Shown here: positions 1-6,665 of the stretch, one piece after another
Layout of the letters: each line of letters starts with the position of its first letter
How positions within the stretch are numbered: the stretch's first letter is position 1
Source of the DNA: a virus
Taxonomy: Duplodnaviria; Caudoviricetes
Virus record (IMG/VR): IMGVR_UViG_3300014208_000026
Span: 128,001-192,000 of that record
DNA length: 64,000 nt
Direction: 5' to 3' (one strand)
Translations under genes and position numbers: made by a program
The notes under the pieces: generated by a model
The model's database searches: none
What the model was told of the DNA's origin: nothing
The model's input: only the letters and a program-made list of their open reading frames with translations

Positions 1-28
1 AGTCTCCCCCTTACGTTCAACCCTTACT

Positions 29-152
29 CCCAACCGGCTCTGCGTCTTCGTGCTCAGCGCTCAACCCCAACCGGCTCTGCACCTTCGTGCTTAGCACCTC
101 ACCCCAACCGGCTCTGCATTATCATGCTTAGCCCCCAACCCCAACTGACTCC
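29..152. repeat. Tandem repeat, 37-bp unit, about 3.3 copies
   Basis: CCCAACCGGCTCTGC starts at 29, 66 and 103, with degenerate CCCAACTGACTCC at 140. The period of 37 is not a multiple of 3. Each full unit contains GCTNAGC. Confidence 0.9.
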
Positions 153-181
153 TTGACACATCTGGGGGTTTGGGGTAAGGT
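153..181 (+). promoter_or_regulatory. sigma70-type promoter
   Basis: TTGACA(153-158)-17 nt-TAAGGT(176-181), upstream of the RBS and ATG at 212. Confidence 0.7.
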
Positions 182-211
182 ACAGAATGGTATTGGGTAT
201 GGAGAAGAGGC

Positions 212-400
212 ATGGAGACTCTGACCCTAAGTGACGTTCAAAAGTGCAAGAGGCTTTGGGATAAGCTACTGAAATCCCATCAGGATCTTGATGCAGCTAT
301 AAGGGCCAGGGGTGACTCCCCTCAGATTAGAGATCTCTATCGAGAATTCCAAGAATTTAAGCTTTCCAGCCAGAGAAAGATCGGCAACCTTTTAATTTAG
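212..400 (+). CDS. Small hypothetical helical protein
   Basis: 62-aa ORF with GGAG/GAGG RBS, downstream of a sigma70 promoter. Confidence 0.7.
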   Translation: METLTLSDVQKCKRLWDKLLKSHQDLDAAIRARGDSPQIRDLYREFQEFKLSSQRKIGNLLI

Positions 401-537
401 ATAGCTACCAGGAGTCTGCCAAGCGTGCAGGACAGCTTAGAGGACGGTTGTAAGGAGGACTCGGATTTGGTGTCGGCAGAGCCGTCCGTGAACTAGGGTC
501 TTTCCCCAACCCCCCAACCCTCTGTTCGTTTTTCAGC

Positions 538-558
538 CTATCCCCTTTCCTTTAGTAG
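538..558 (+). promoter_or_regulatory. Putative phage late promoter CTAT-N11-TAGTAG
   Basis: Same motif and spacing at 2226-2246(-), 17921-17941(+) and 26561-26581(-). Confidence 0.55.
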
Positions 559-577
559 AACCTAAGGAGAACTCGTT

Positions 578-1120
578 ATGAAATCCCTGAAAGCTTCCGT
601 TGTTCGACTGGCCTACGAGCACCCTGAGTTCCGTGGTGAGCTGCTGGGTGTGCTTGCAGCTCGGCAGGGCCGTAAGACCGCCGCTTCCACAGATCCCATT
701 GGCAAAGGGAAGAATGGCTACATCGCTTTCTACAAGGGCAAGAAGGTGGAAGTGATGGCCGACACGAAGCTTCAGGCTCAGATCACGGCTGCTGCGTATT
801 TCAAGGCGAAGAAGTCGTATGAAGTGGATGTTGAACTGGCTGAGACGGACGGTAAGCAGGTGACTCATAAACCGATGTTTGCTTCATCGGTTGAGACAGC
901 GGCTAAGGCGGACCCAAATCCGTGGAAAGCCACGCACGAAATCACTTGGTCAAAAACTCGAAAAGCTCCTAAGAAAACAGTTAAGGTGATGTTGTCCTCG
1001 GACGGTCAAGTGTACACCAAGCCTGAGTGGGATGCTGGAGACAACGGGGATTTCAGTGTGCATAAGGGGGAATGGCAGTTCCAGGGTGAGCCTTTTGATG
1101 GCTCTGTCAAGAAGCTGTAG
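578..1120 (+). CDS. Putative virion-internal modular protein (leader plus two small domains)
   Basis: N-terminus MKSLKASVVRLAYEHPEFRGELLGVL closely matches that of 25583..26539; C-terminal W-x-ATH...YTKPEWDAG domain is shared with 5503..6045. Confidence 0.75.
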   Translation: MKSLKASVVRLAYEHPEFRGELLGVLAARQGRKTAASTDPIGKGKNGYIAFYKGKKVEVMADTKLQAQITAAAYFKAKKSYEVDVELAETDGKQVTHKPMFASSVETAAKADPNPWKATHEITWSKTRKAPKKTVKVMLSSDGQVYTKPEWDAGDNGDFSVHKGEWQFQGEPFDGSVKKL

Positions 1121-2203
1121 TTAGTTTCTGGCTAACCACTTTCCTACAATTTTCCTAACCAACATAGCTTTTCTAACTGCCGCCCTTTTACTCGGCCCTC
1201 CCTCATGAATCAACTCGATCTTCTCGACAGGAGCTTTCCCTACGACCTGGAAGTCCTTCACCCTGCCTGCGTCGAGGGTCTTTACGAGGTACTTTGTGTT
1301 CATGACTACCCGCCAAACGTCCCGTTCCTCGCTCGAACCTAAATCGGTTGCCAGACCGATGGCCCTATCTGCATCGGTGGTCAAGAAGATGTTCGAAGGA
1401 ACGCTATGAGCCCCTTCGTAGATTCGACGGTCTTTGGTTGGGCGGGCGGTGTAGAGGACGATCCGCTTACCTTGGTCGGAACTCCCTGGGCTACGGATTT
1501 CCTGGACCAAGGCGAAATAGTCTGCCTGTTCCTGTCCTCCGGAATCCCCGACGGGGAAGAAGTCCCTGTCTCCCCCTTCGAGCACGTCTTCCACTTCGGT
1601 GATCTTGCCGTGTTCGTCGGTAAAGACGGTGAAGTTAGCGTCGTGATCCCCCACTTCTATGCTGAAGACGTGGGAGGCTTGCATGCCTTCGTCGGTGTTG
1701 CCTGTCTCTGCTCGTATAGAAACGTGTTTCGTTTCGAAGAACGGTGCCCTAGAGATCGCTGCCTTGACTTGTGCCTGGACGGCCTTGGCATTTTTTAGAG
1801 TACCTTCCACGGTTTCTTTCTCGTACCCTGCAAATTCCTCCTTGAGTTGAGGGAAGGTTTGCGGGATGCCTTCTTCCAGTGTCTCTTCGAAGTCCATTAA
1901 CGTACGGACAAGGTGATAGAATTCGTCCCAGCGGGAGTGATCTCCTGAGTGGAGTGCCTTGGAAGAGACTTCGTTCAGCTCCAGGGCTACGGCACGGATC
2001 CCCTTCTGGTCTCGTTTACGGATGGGGTTGCCAACGTGAGGTTTGTCGAGCAGACGTTCCGCTTCCCTGGCGAGTTCCTCGGGGTTGTACTTTGTCTCGA
2101 ACTTCTTCTGGTTCCTGGCAAAGGAGTGGTCCAGGAGTTCTGCGTAGTAGTCCTTGGCCTTGGCTTCGAATCGGCTGAGGTTGATTGTCACGGTGGTGGG
2201 CAT
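1121..2203 (-). CDS. Hypothetical protein, possible C-terminal ADP-ribosyltransferase-like fold
   Basis: 360-aa ORF with late-type promoter. The C-terminal pattern LYTAR...IFLTTDADRAIGLA...VWRVVM...DFQVVGKAPVEKIELI resembles ART strand order. Confidence 0.6.
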   Translation of the reverse strand: MPTTVTINLSRFEAKAKDYYAELLDHSFARNQKKFETKYNPEELAREAERLLDKPHVGNPIRKRDQKGIRAVALELNEVSSKALHSGDHSRWDEFYHLVRTLMDFEETLEEGIPQTFPQLKEEFAGYEKETVEGTLKNAKAVQAQVKAAISRAPFFETKHVSIRAETGNTDEGMQASHVFSIEVGDHDANFTVFTDEHGKITEVEDVLEGGDRDFFPVGDSGGQEQADYFALVQEIRSPGSSDQGKRIVLYTARPTKDRRIYEGAHSVPSNIFLTTDADRAIGLATDLGSSEERDVWRVVMNTKYLVKTLDAGRVKDFQVVGKAPVEKIELIHEGGPSKRAAVRKAMLVRKIVGKWLARN

Positions 2204-2225
2204 TTACGAAGTACCTAAGGGTGTC

Positions 2226-2246
2226 CTACTAGATCGGAAGCTATAG
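2226..2246 (-). promoter_or_regulatory. Putative late promoter CTAT-N11-TAGTAG
   Basis: Minus strand reads CTAT-AGCTTCCGATC-TAGTAG, upstream of the start at 2203. Confidence 0.55.
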
Positions 2247-2265
2247 GACAGATAGCTAGCGGGTG

Positions 2266-2275
2266 GGTATAGTAG
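2266..2275 (+). promoter_or_regulatory. GGTATAGTAG motif (putative -10-type promoter element)
   Basis: Exact 10-mer also at 2923, 30018, 33929 (+) and 7944 (-), each just upstream of a gene start. Confidence 0.5.
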
Positions 2276-2304
2276 AGGGAGATTGGGAGCCAGAGGTTTA
2301 GACC

Positions 2305-2565
2305 ATGGACGGTTTTCGTAGGCACGTTTTGTCTCTTGTGACCTCTTCGGAGAAGGGCCGTGAGGTTCTCAGGGAAGTCCTGGTGCCGGTGTATGTCGAT
2401 CCCGACATGGGATCTTTTGAGCTTTTTCCCTACAAGGAATTTTGGGAAGTTGTCAGTAAGGAGTCTATGGGTAAAGGGATTCCTTTGTGCGACGCTTACA
2501 TAGAGTTGGCGTCGGAGGATTTCAGTCCTGAGACAGGGCACCCTTTTCTTCGAAGAAAGGAATAG
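2305..2565 (+). CDS. Hypothetical protein, paralog of 2572..2922
   Basis: Shared GRE.LR...FW..V...A.(I/L)ELA...GHPFLR.KE pattern. Confidence 0.75.
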   Translation: MDGFRRHVLSLVTSSEKGREVLREVLVPVYVDPDMGSFELFPYKEFWEVVSKESMGKGIPLCDAYIELASEDFSPETGHPFLRRKE

Positions 2566-2571
2566 AATACC

Positions 2572-2922
2572 ATGAGCATCCAGTACAAACCCGTGAATGA
2601 GATCGTCGAATCGTTCGTAAAGACCGAACTGGGCAGGGAGGCTCTCCGGCAGGCTGTTGTCTGGCCCCTGGCAGTTCGATTGGGGGAAGGATACCGGCCC
2701 GAGTTATCCCCCTACGAGATTCTGTCCTCTGAAGACTTCTGGAAAGAGGTTATGCTCTACGCTTTGACCCAAGGGCTGTCGGCGACAGGGGCTTTCTTGG
2801 AGTTGGCCGATCAGAAGCCAAGTTTGGAGAAGGGACACCCGTTCCTGAGGCTGAAAGAGAAGGAGTCGGAGCCCGAGAAGGCGTGGGATAGGGAGCGGGA
2901 AGCCCTGACGGTCCTTGGATAG
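2572..2922 (+). CDS. Hypothetical protein, paralog of 2305..2565
   Basis: AAGGA RBS; shared motif GHPFLRLKE. Confidence 0.75.
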   Translation: MSIQYKPVNEIVESFVKTELGREALRQAVVWPLAVRLGEGYRPELSPYEILSSEDFWKEVMLYALTQGLSATGAFLELADQKPSLEKGHPFLRLKEKESEPEKAWDREREALTVLG

Positions 2923-2961
2923 GGTATAGTAGAGGCTGGTAGTTTAAACGAGAGGTACTCC

Positions 2962-3264
2962 ATGAAACTGTCTTTGTGCCCTTGGGAGAGTGTTCGTGTC
3001 AAGGTTTCTTTGACTGAAGTAGAGCTGCACGAGGCGGTCTTGGACTACGTGGAGAAGCTTCACGGTCTGCACAAGTTGTCTGAGGACTATGAACAGAATC
3101 TGGTGCTGACTCCCTGCATTGGCCAGGATGTTGGAGGCTTTGATTTCATCGTCAGTCCCTCTGACGAGACCGACGGTGAAAATGTCTACGAAGCTTCCTG
3201 GGATCATGGTTTGAATCCCCGCCGGAGTGGAAAGGATTCTTTGACCGAACGAGAAGCGGAATGA
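2962..3264 (+). CDS. Hypothetical acidic protein
   Basis: 100-aa ORF with GAGG RBS, ATGA overlap with next gene. Confidence 0.7.
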   Translation: MKLSLCPWESVRVKVSLTEVELHEAVLDYVEKLHGLHKLSEDYEQNLVLTPCIGQDVGGFDFIVSPSDETDGENVYEASWDHGLNPRRSGKDSLTEREAE

Positions 3265-3764
3265 ACAATCCCTTCGCTAGCCTTTCCGAGAAAGTACACG
3301 ACCTCGAAGTCAGGGCCTCGTACCTTGAGACGGTAGCTTCGGTGTTGGCCAATCAGGTGATCGCGCAGTATTCGCAGAGGCTCCGGTCGATGAAGCGTAT
3401 CGAGAATCTGGAGATAGAGTCCCGAGAGGTCTTATCTATTCTGGCCGATTTGATGTATGCGGTTAAGGGGCTGGGGCAGAAGCCTTGGCTGGTTACAATG
3501 CCTTCTTCGGTTCTGAAAAGGTTGCAGAAGGAACTTGATCTATATCCCGCGGACGGCGATGTGGTTGAAGGCTCTAGTAGGGGGAGCGCTTTTGCGGGCA
3601 TGGTGTGGGGCGTTTCGGTCTTCGAAATCTATATCGAGAGCGATCCGGTCATGGTCTGGGGAGACGGGAACCCGTATCACACTGAGCCGGTAGTGTACGG
3701 AGTCCAGTTGACGGATCCCGGTATTCCGGAAGTACGGATGGAGGGCTTAAAATGTACACCTTGA
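3261..3764 (+). CDS. Hypothetical protein: coiled coil plus capsid A-domain-like segment
   Basis: 167 aa; VTMPSSVLKRLQKELD...GMVWGVSVF...VMVWGD; similar to 3942..4463. Confidence 0.7.
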   Translation: MNNPFASLSEKVHDLEVRASYLETVASVLANQVIAQYSQRLRSMKRIENLEIESREVLSILADLMYAVKGLGQKPWLVTMPSSVLKRLQKELDLYPADGDVVEGSSRGSAFAGMVWGVSVFEIYIESDPVMVWGDGNPYHTEPVVYGVQLTDPGIPEVRMEGLKCTP

Positions 3765-3925
3765 AGTGGCTGATCGAAAAGTCTGGACAGGTGCAGAGAG
3801 GCACTCGTGACGGGAAATACGTTCCGGCCCGTCCGGTGGTTCATTTCTTCTTGAGCCGATTGCGGGATGCGTGGGAAGTGCTCAGAGGCAGGGCGGATGC
3901 TTTCACATGGCCTGACGGGCAGTAG
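3752..3925 (+). CDS. Small phage protein of 57 aa, not in the ORF track
   Basis: Read manually: MYTLKWLIEKSGQVQRGTRDGKYVPARPVVHFFLSRLRDAWEVLRGRADAFTWPDGQ; GGAGGG RBS upstream; fills the gap between neighbouring genes. Confidence 0.7.
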   Translation: MYTLKWLIEKSGQVQRGTRDGKYVPARPVVHFFLSRLRDAWEVLRGRADAFTWPDGQ

Positions 3926-3941
3926 GGGGATATAAAAAACC

Positions 3942-4463
3942 ATGGACGACAAGCAGACCGCAGAATTTAAGGCCCTCTGGGAAGGGCCTGTCCCGTCCAT
4001 TCTTGATATTCTACAGAGGGTCGAAGATCTGGAAGCCAAGGTGAAGCACCTTGAGGACATTAATGGAGTTTTCCCCGAAGAACCAGAGGAAGTAGAGGGA
4101 CCAGAGGCACTTCTGACTGCGGATAGTCCTTGCCTTCAGCCGAACCAGTTCCTGCTCGACGCCTATCCTGCAATGGTAGAGAAGGCAGGCAAGATCCCTG
4201 TCGAAGACGATGCGGATTTAGAATCCGTCTTGGATCTGTTCTCCTCTATCGAGCGGCACCGGCAACGTACAGTTATTTTCACTTTGGGGCTGAGAGCTTG
4301 GTCTGCATTGGAGAGGTTTTTGCCTCGGTGGTTGAACTCTTTTGGTAAACTGTACGGGGCTCAGGTTCTCGTGTCTCCGGAGTTCGAAGAGGATTTGGTT
4401 CTGGTGTGGGGAGACGCGGAGGAGGTCCAGGACCGGATCGTCGTGGGCTGTAGGATGGCGTGA
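3942..4463 (+). CDS. Hypothetical protein: coiled coil plus capsid A-domain-like segment
   Basis: 173 aa; FTLGLRAWSALERFL...GKLYGAQVLVS...LVLVWGD. Confidence 0.7.
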   Translation: MDDKQTAEFKALWEGPVPSILDILQRVEDLEAKVKHLEDINGVFPEEPEEVEGPEALLTADSPCLQPNQFLLDAYPAMVEKAGKIPVEDDADLESVLDLFSSIERHRQRTVIFTLGLRAWSALERFLPRWLNSFGKLYGAQVLVSPEFEEDLVLVWGDAEEVQDRIVVGCRMA

Positions 4464-4466
4464 CTC

Positions 4467-4670
4467 ATGCCTATAACAGAAGAACGGAAGCTAGCAGTGG
4501 TAGAATCTCTGTTTATAGCTGAGTTAAACGGAGAAGACGTCCGTAAGAGGTTGTGGGACGTTCTCCGAGAGGTTTTCGGCAGTGAGGTGGATGAATTCAC
4601 TTTGGCACAGGCTGCCAAGGAAATGCACGCTAAGATCAGGGCCTCTGTAGACCGCCTACCGCCTCTATAA
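4467..4670 (+). CDS. Small hypothetical protein
   Basis: 67-aa ORF closing the operon. Confidence 0.65.
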   Translation: MPITEERKLAVVESLFIAELNGEDVRKRLWDVLREVFGSEVDEFTLAQAAKEMHAKIRASVDRLPPL

Positions 4671-4698
4671 GCGGGTGATTTCTGGTGGGGTCTAGTCC

Positions 4699-5304
4699 TT
4701 ATTCCTCTTCGTCCGGTTCTCCCTTCCGAGCGTAGAGAGCCCAGCTTCCGCCGTCAGAATTCACGTACCCGTCCCCATCGCAGCGAGTGCATTCGGGGTG
4801 GGGCTTGTCCGAAGAGTTGCCAGAGAACTCACAGTAGAACCGGCCACGCTGATGAGTCCCGATTGCCTCTGCGTCCAGGGCCACCTTACCCTCCGCAATC
4901 CAGGCCAGCACCTTCTCTGCCGGAATTGGCTCGCGAGGCTCGCCTGCCGCTCCCGTCCACCAGTCCAGGCGCCCGTGGCAGTTGCATTCCCTGTCGGTTT
5001 CTTCGAGACTGCCCTGGCGGACCAGTTCGTACGTGCTATCTCCGTCCTTGTATTCCTTTGGCCACTCGGTGGCGGGGAAGTGCCCGCTGTTCGGGGCGAA
5101 GGCATACACGGGACAGTCCAGGCCGTAGAATTCGTAACGGGCACTCCTGCCCTCTTCGACGATCCACGGCACGCTATCGGGGTCAGGGTCCGTCCAGACC
5201 ACGCAGGCGCAGTCCTTGAGCCCTTCAGGGGCGTCTTCGAAGGAGTAGCCTCCCCCGTCCAGGTCGTAGGCTTCGTTCAGGTGCTTGATGCGATCGTCGT
5301 CCAT
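4699..5304 (-). CDS. Hypothetical protein with Cys clusters (CxxCxGxG-type zinc finger)
   Basis: Start reassigned to MDDDRIK at 5304, just after the stop of the upstream gene; CNCHG and CTRCDGDG motifs. Confidence 0.7.
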   Translation of the reverse strand: MDDDRIKHLNEAYDLDGGGYSFEDAPEGLKDCACVVWTDPDPDSVPWIVEEGRSARYEFYGLDCPVYAFAPNSGHFPATEWPKEYKDGDSTYELVRQGSLEETDRECNCHGRLDWWTGAAGEPREPIPAEKVLAWIAEGKVALDAEAIGTHQRGRFYCEFSGNSSDKPHPECTRCDGDGYVNSDGGSWALYARKGEPDEEE

Positions 5305-5306
5305 GA

Positions 5307-5495
5307 TTAGACCCCGCTTTCTCTGTTGAGGAGTTCCCAGTTGTCCTGGCCTTGCTTTTCGACGACGGCGTCCACTTTCCTGGCCCATTCGAGCATTTGG
5401 TTTTCCGCCTTTCCGTTGTCGTCGACGAAACCAAGTTCGTCTAGGGTTCCTTCTAGAAGGGTGACGTAGCGGATTCGGTAGACGGGCTGTTCCAT
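5307..5495 (-). CDS. Small hypothetical protein
   Basis: 62-aa ORF packed between neighbours with GAGGAG RBS. Confidence 0.7.
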   Translation of the reverse strand: MEQPVYRIRYVTLLEGTLDELGFVDDNGKAENQMLEWARKVDAVVEKQGQDNWELLNRESGV

Positions 5496-5502
5496 TTTCG
5501 AT

Positions 5503-6045
5503 TCACTCCTCGTTTATCGGGCAGTAGAGGGTTTCCAGGTCCCGCAGGCTTTTCAGAATATCGCGGGTTTCCTGTTCCACAGTCATTTCCTTTTGCCCAC
5601 TTTTGGCAGGTGTTTTGGATATCTTTACGACACGCCCCTCCTCCAGATGATCCGGAGCGTACCATGTTTCTCTCTCGTAGAAATAAGTGCATCTGTAGTG
5701 ACCTTCATCCCATTCCGATTTCGTGTAGGCAGGGCCCTCTCCTTTGCTGTTTGTTCCGTAGAGTTTTAGCTCTATGCGGTTTCCCTGTGCGTCGATCGCT
5801 ATATGGGTTGGCTTCCATTTGTTACGGATCGGTTTCACGACATACCCTGTATCGAAACGGAACCCCCGCAGGTACCACACGCCCTTTTCTCGGGCGTGTT
5901 CGCAGTCGTCGCAACCAGCGTCCCACTCGGGTTTCGTGTAGGCGGGGCCGTCGCCTCTGCTGTTCTGTTTGCACAGCATAATCTCGGTACGGTGGCCGTT
6001 GGGGGCAACCACGACGTGCGTTGCGACCCACTTTGGTTCTTCCAT
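5503..6045 (-). CDS. Protein with a tandem duplication of a W-x-x-TH...YTKxEWDxG domain
   Basis: WVATH...GPAYTKPEWDAG and WKPTH...GPAYTKSEWDEG. Confidence 0.8.
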   Translation of the reverse strand: MEEPKWVATHVVVAPNGHRTEIMLCKQNSRGDGPAYTKPEWDAGCDDCEHAREKGVWYLRGFRFDTGYVVKPIRNKWKPTHIAIDAQGNRIELKLYGTNSKGEGPAYTKSEWDEGHYRCTYFYERETWYAPDHLEEGRVVKISKTPAKSGQKEMTVEQETRDILKSLRDLETLYCPINEE

Positions 6046-6051
6046 GGTTCC

Positions 6052-6315
6052 CTACCTGTTTCCGGTGTTACCAAGCAGTCCGACGAGGTCTGCGTCTTCG
6101 ATGAGTTCCCTGATCTCGCCCATCGCGGGAACGTCAAGGGTTCCGCCCGGGAGCCCTTCGAGGGCTTCGAACTGTCGGGCCTGTTCGATCGTGTGCCCCA
6201 GCAGGTAACGCAGGTCGGTTTCCAGGTTTCTGGACGTCTGGACGACGGCGAAACGGGAAGCCCGAAGATTTGCTGAGATCCAGTCCCGCAAGATCTCGAT
6301 GCTGTCGGTCTGCAT
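6052..6315 (-). CDS. Hypothetical protein, paralog of 6318..6581
   Basis: MQT..IEIL.D and EGLP.GTLDVPA shared; both 87 aa. Confidence 0.8.
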   Translation of the reverse strand: MQTDSIEILRDWISANLRASRFAVVQTSRNLETDLRYLLGHTIEQARQFEALEGLPGGTLDVPAMGEIRELIEDADLVGLLGNTGNR

Positions 6316-6317
6316 TC

Positions 6318-6581
6318 CTAATCCCCTTCGTTTTCGTAGGTGGCTCTTTCGGCGGCCCGTTCGTCCAGGTGCTCTTTGAGTTCCGTCAGGGCGGGGACAT
6401 CGAGGGTCCCTTCGGGGAGCCCTTCGTTGTACTCTAAACTGTGGACAGCCTGAGAGATTCGGTTGTACAGTCGGAGGAAGTCCCGATCAAAGTCTCCCGA
6501 GGAATCATTGATCCGATAGCGCCCGTCCCAAACGGCTTTGTCCAACAGGTCTTTCAGGATTTCGATGGTTCCGGTTTGCAT
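6318..6581 (-). CDS. Hypothetical protein, paralog of 6052..6315
   Basis: Same shared motifs; first gene after the 6615-6652 motif. Confidence 0.8.
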   Translation of the reverse strand: MQTGTIEILKDLLDKAVWDGRYRINDSSGDFDRDFLRLYNRISQAVHSLEYNEGLPEGTLDVPALTELKEHLDERAAERATYENEGD

Positions 6582-6614
6582 TTTTATTCCCTACCCGCAG
6601 TGCTTACGTCCTAT

Positions 6615-6652
6615 GTATACACCAGAGCGGGGAGGAATGAAACTGAAATCGT
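6615..6652 (-). promoter_or_regulatory. Conserved 38-bp accessory-operon promoter motif, copy 1 of 6
   Basis: Minus strand ACGATTTCAGTTTCATTC-N11-GGTGTATAC; TTTCAT-17 nt-TATACA spacing. Confidence 0.75.
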
Positions 6653-6665
6653 TTAGGCAGGAGGC

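Noticed and set aside
29-152. Possible mini-CRISPR array
   Set aside because: The intervening segments resemble each other rather than being unique spacers, so this is a plain tandem repeat; no cas genes seen
443-486. GGACGGTT...AGCCGTCC stem as an ncRNA
   Set aside because: A single 8-bp stem with no further support; could be chance or part of a coding extension
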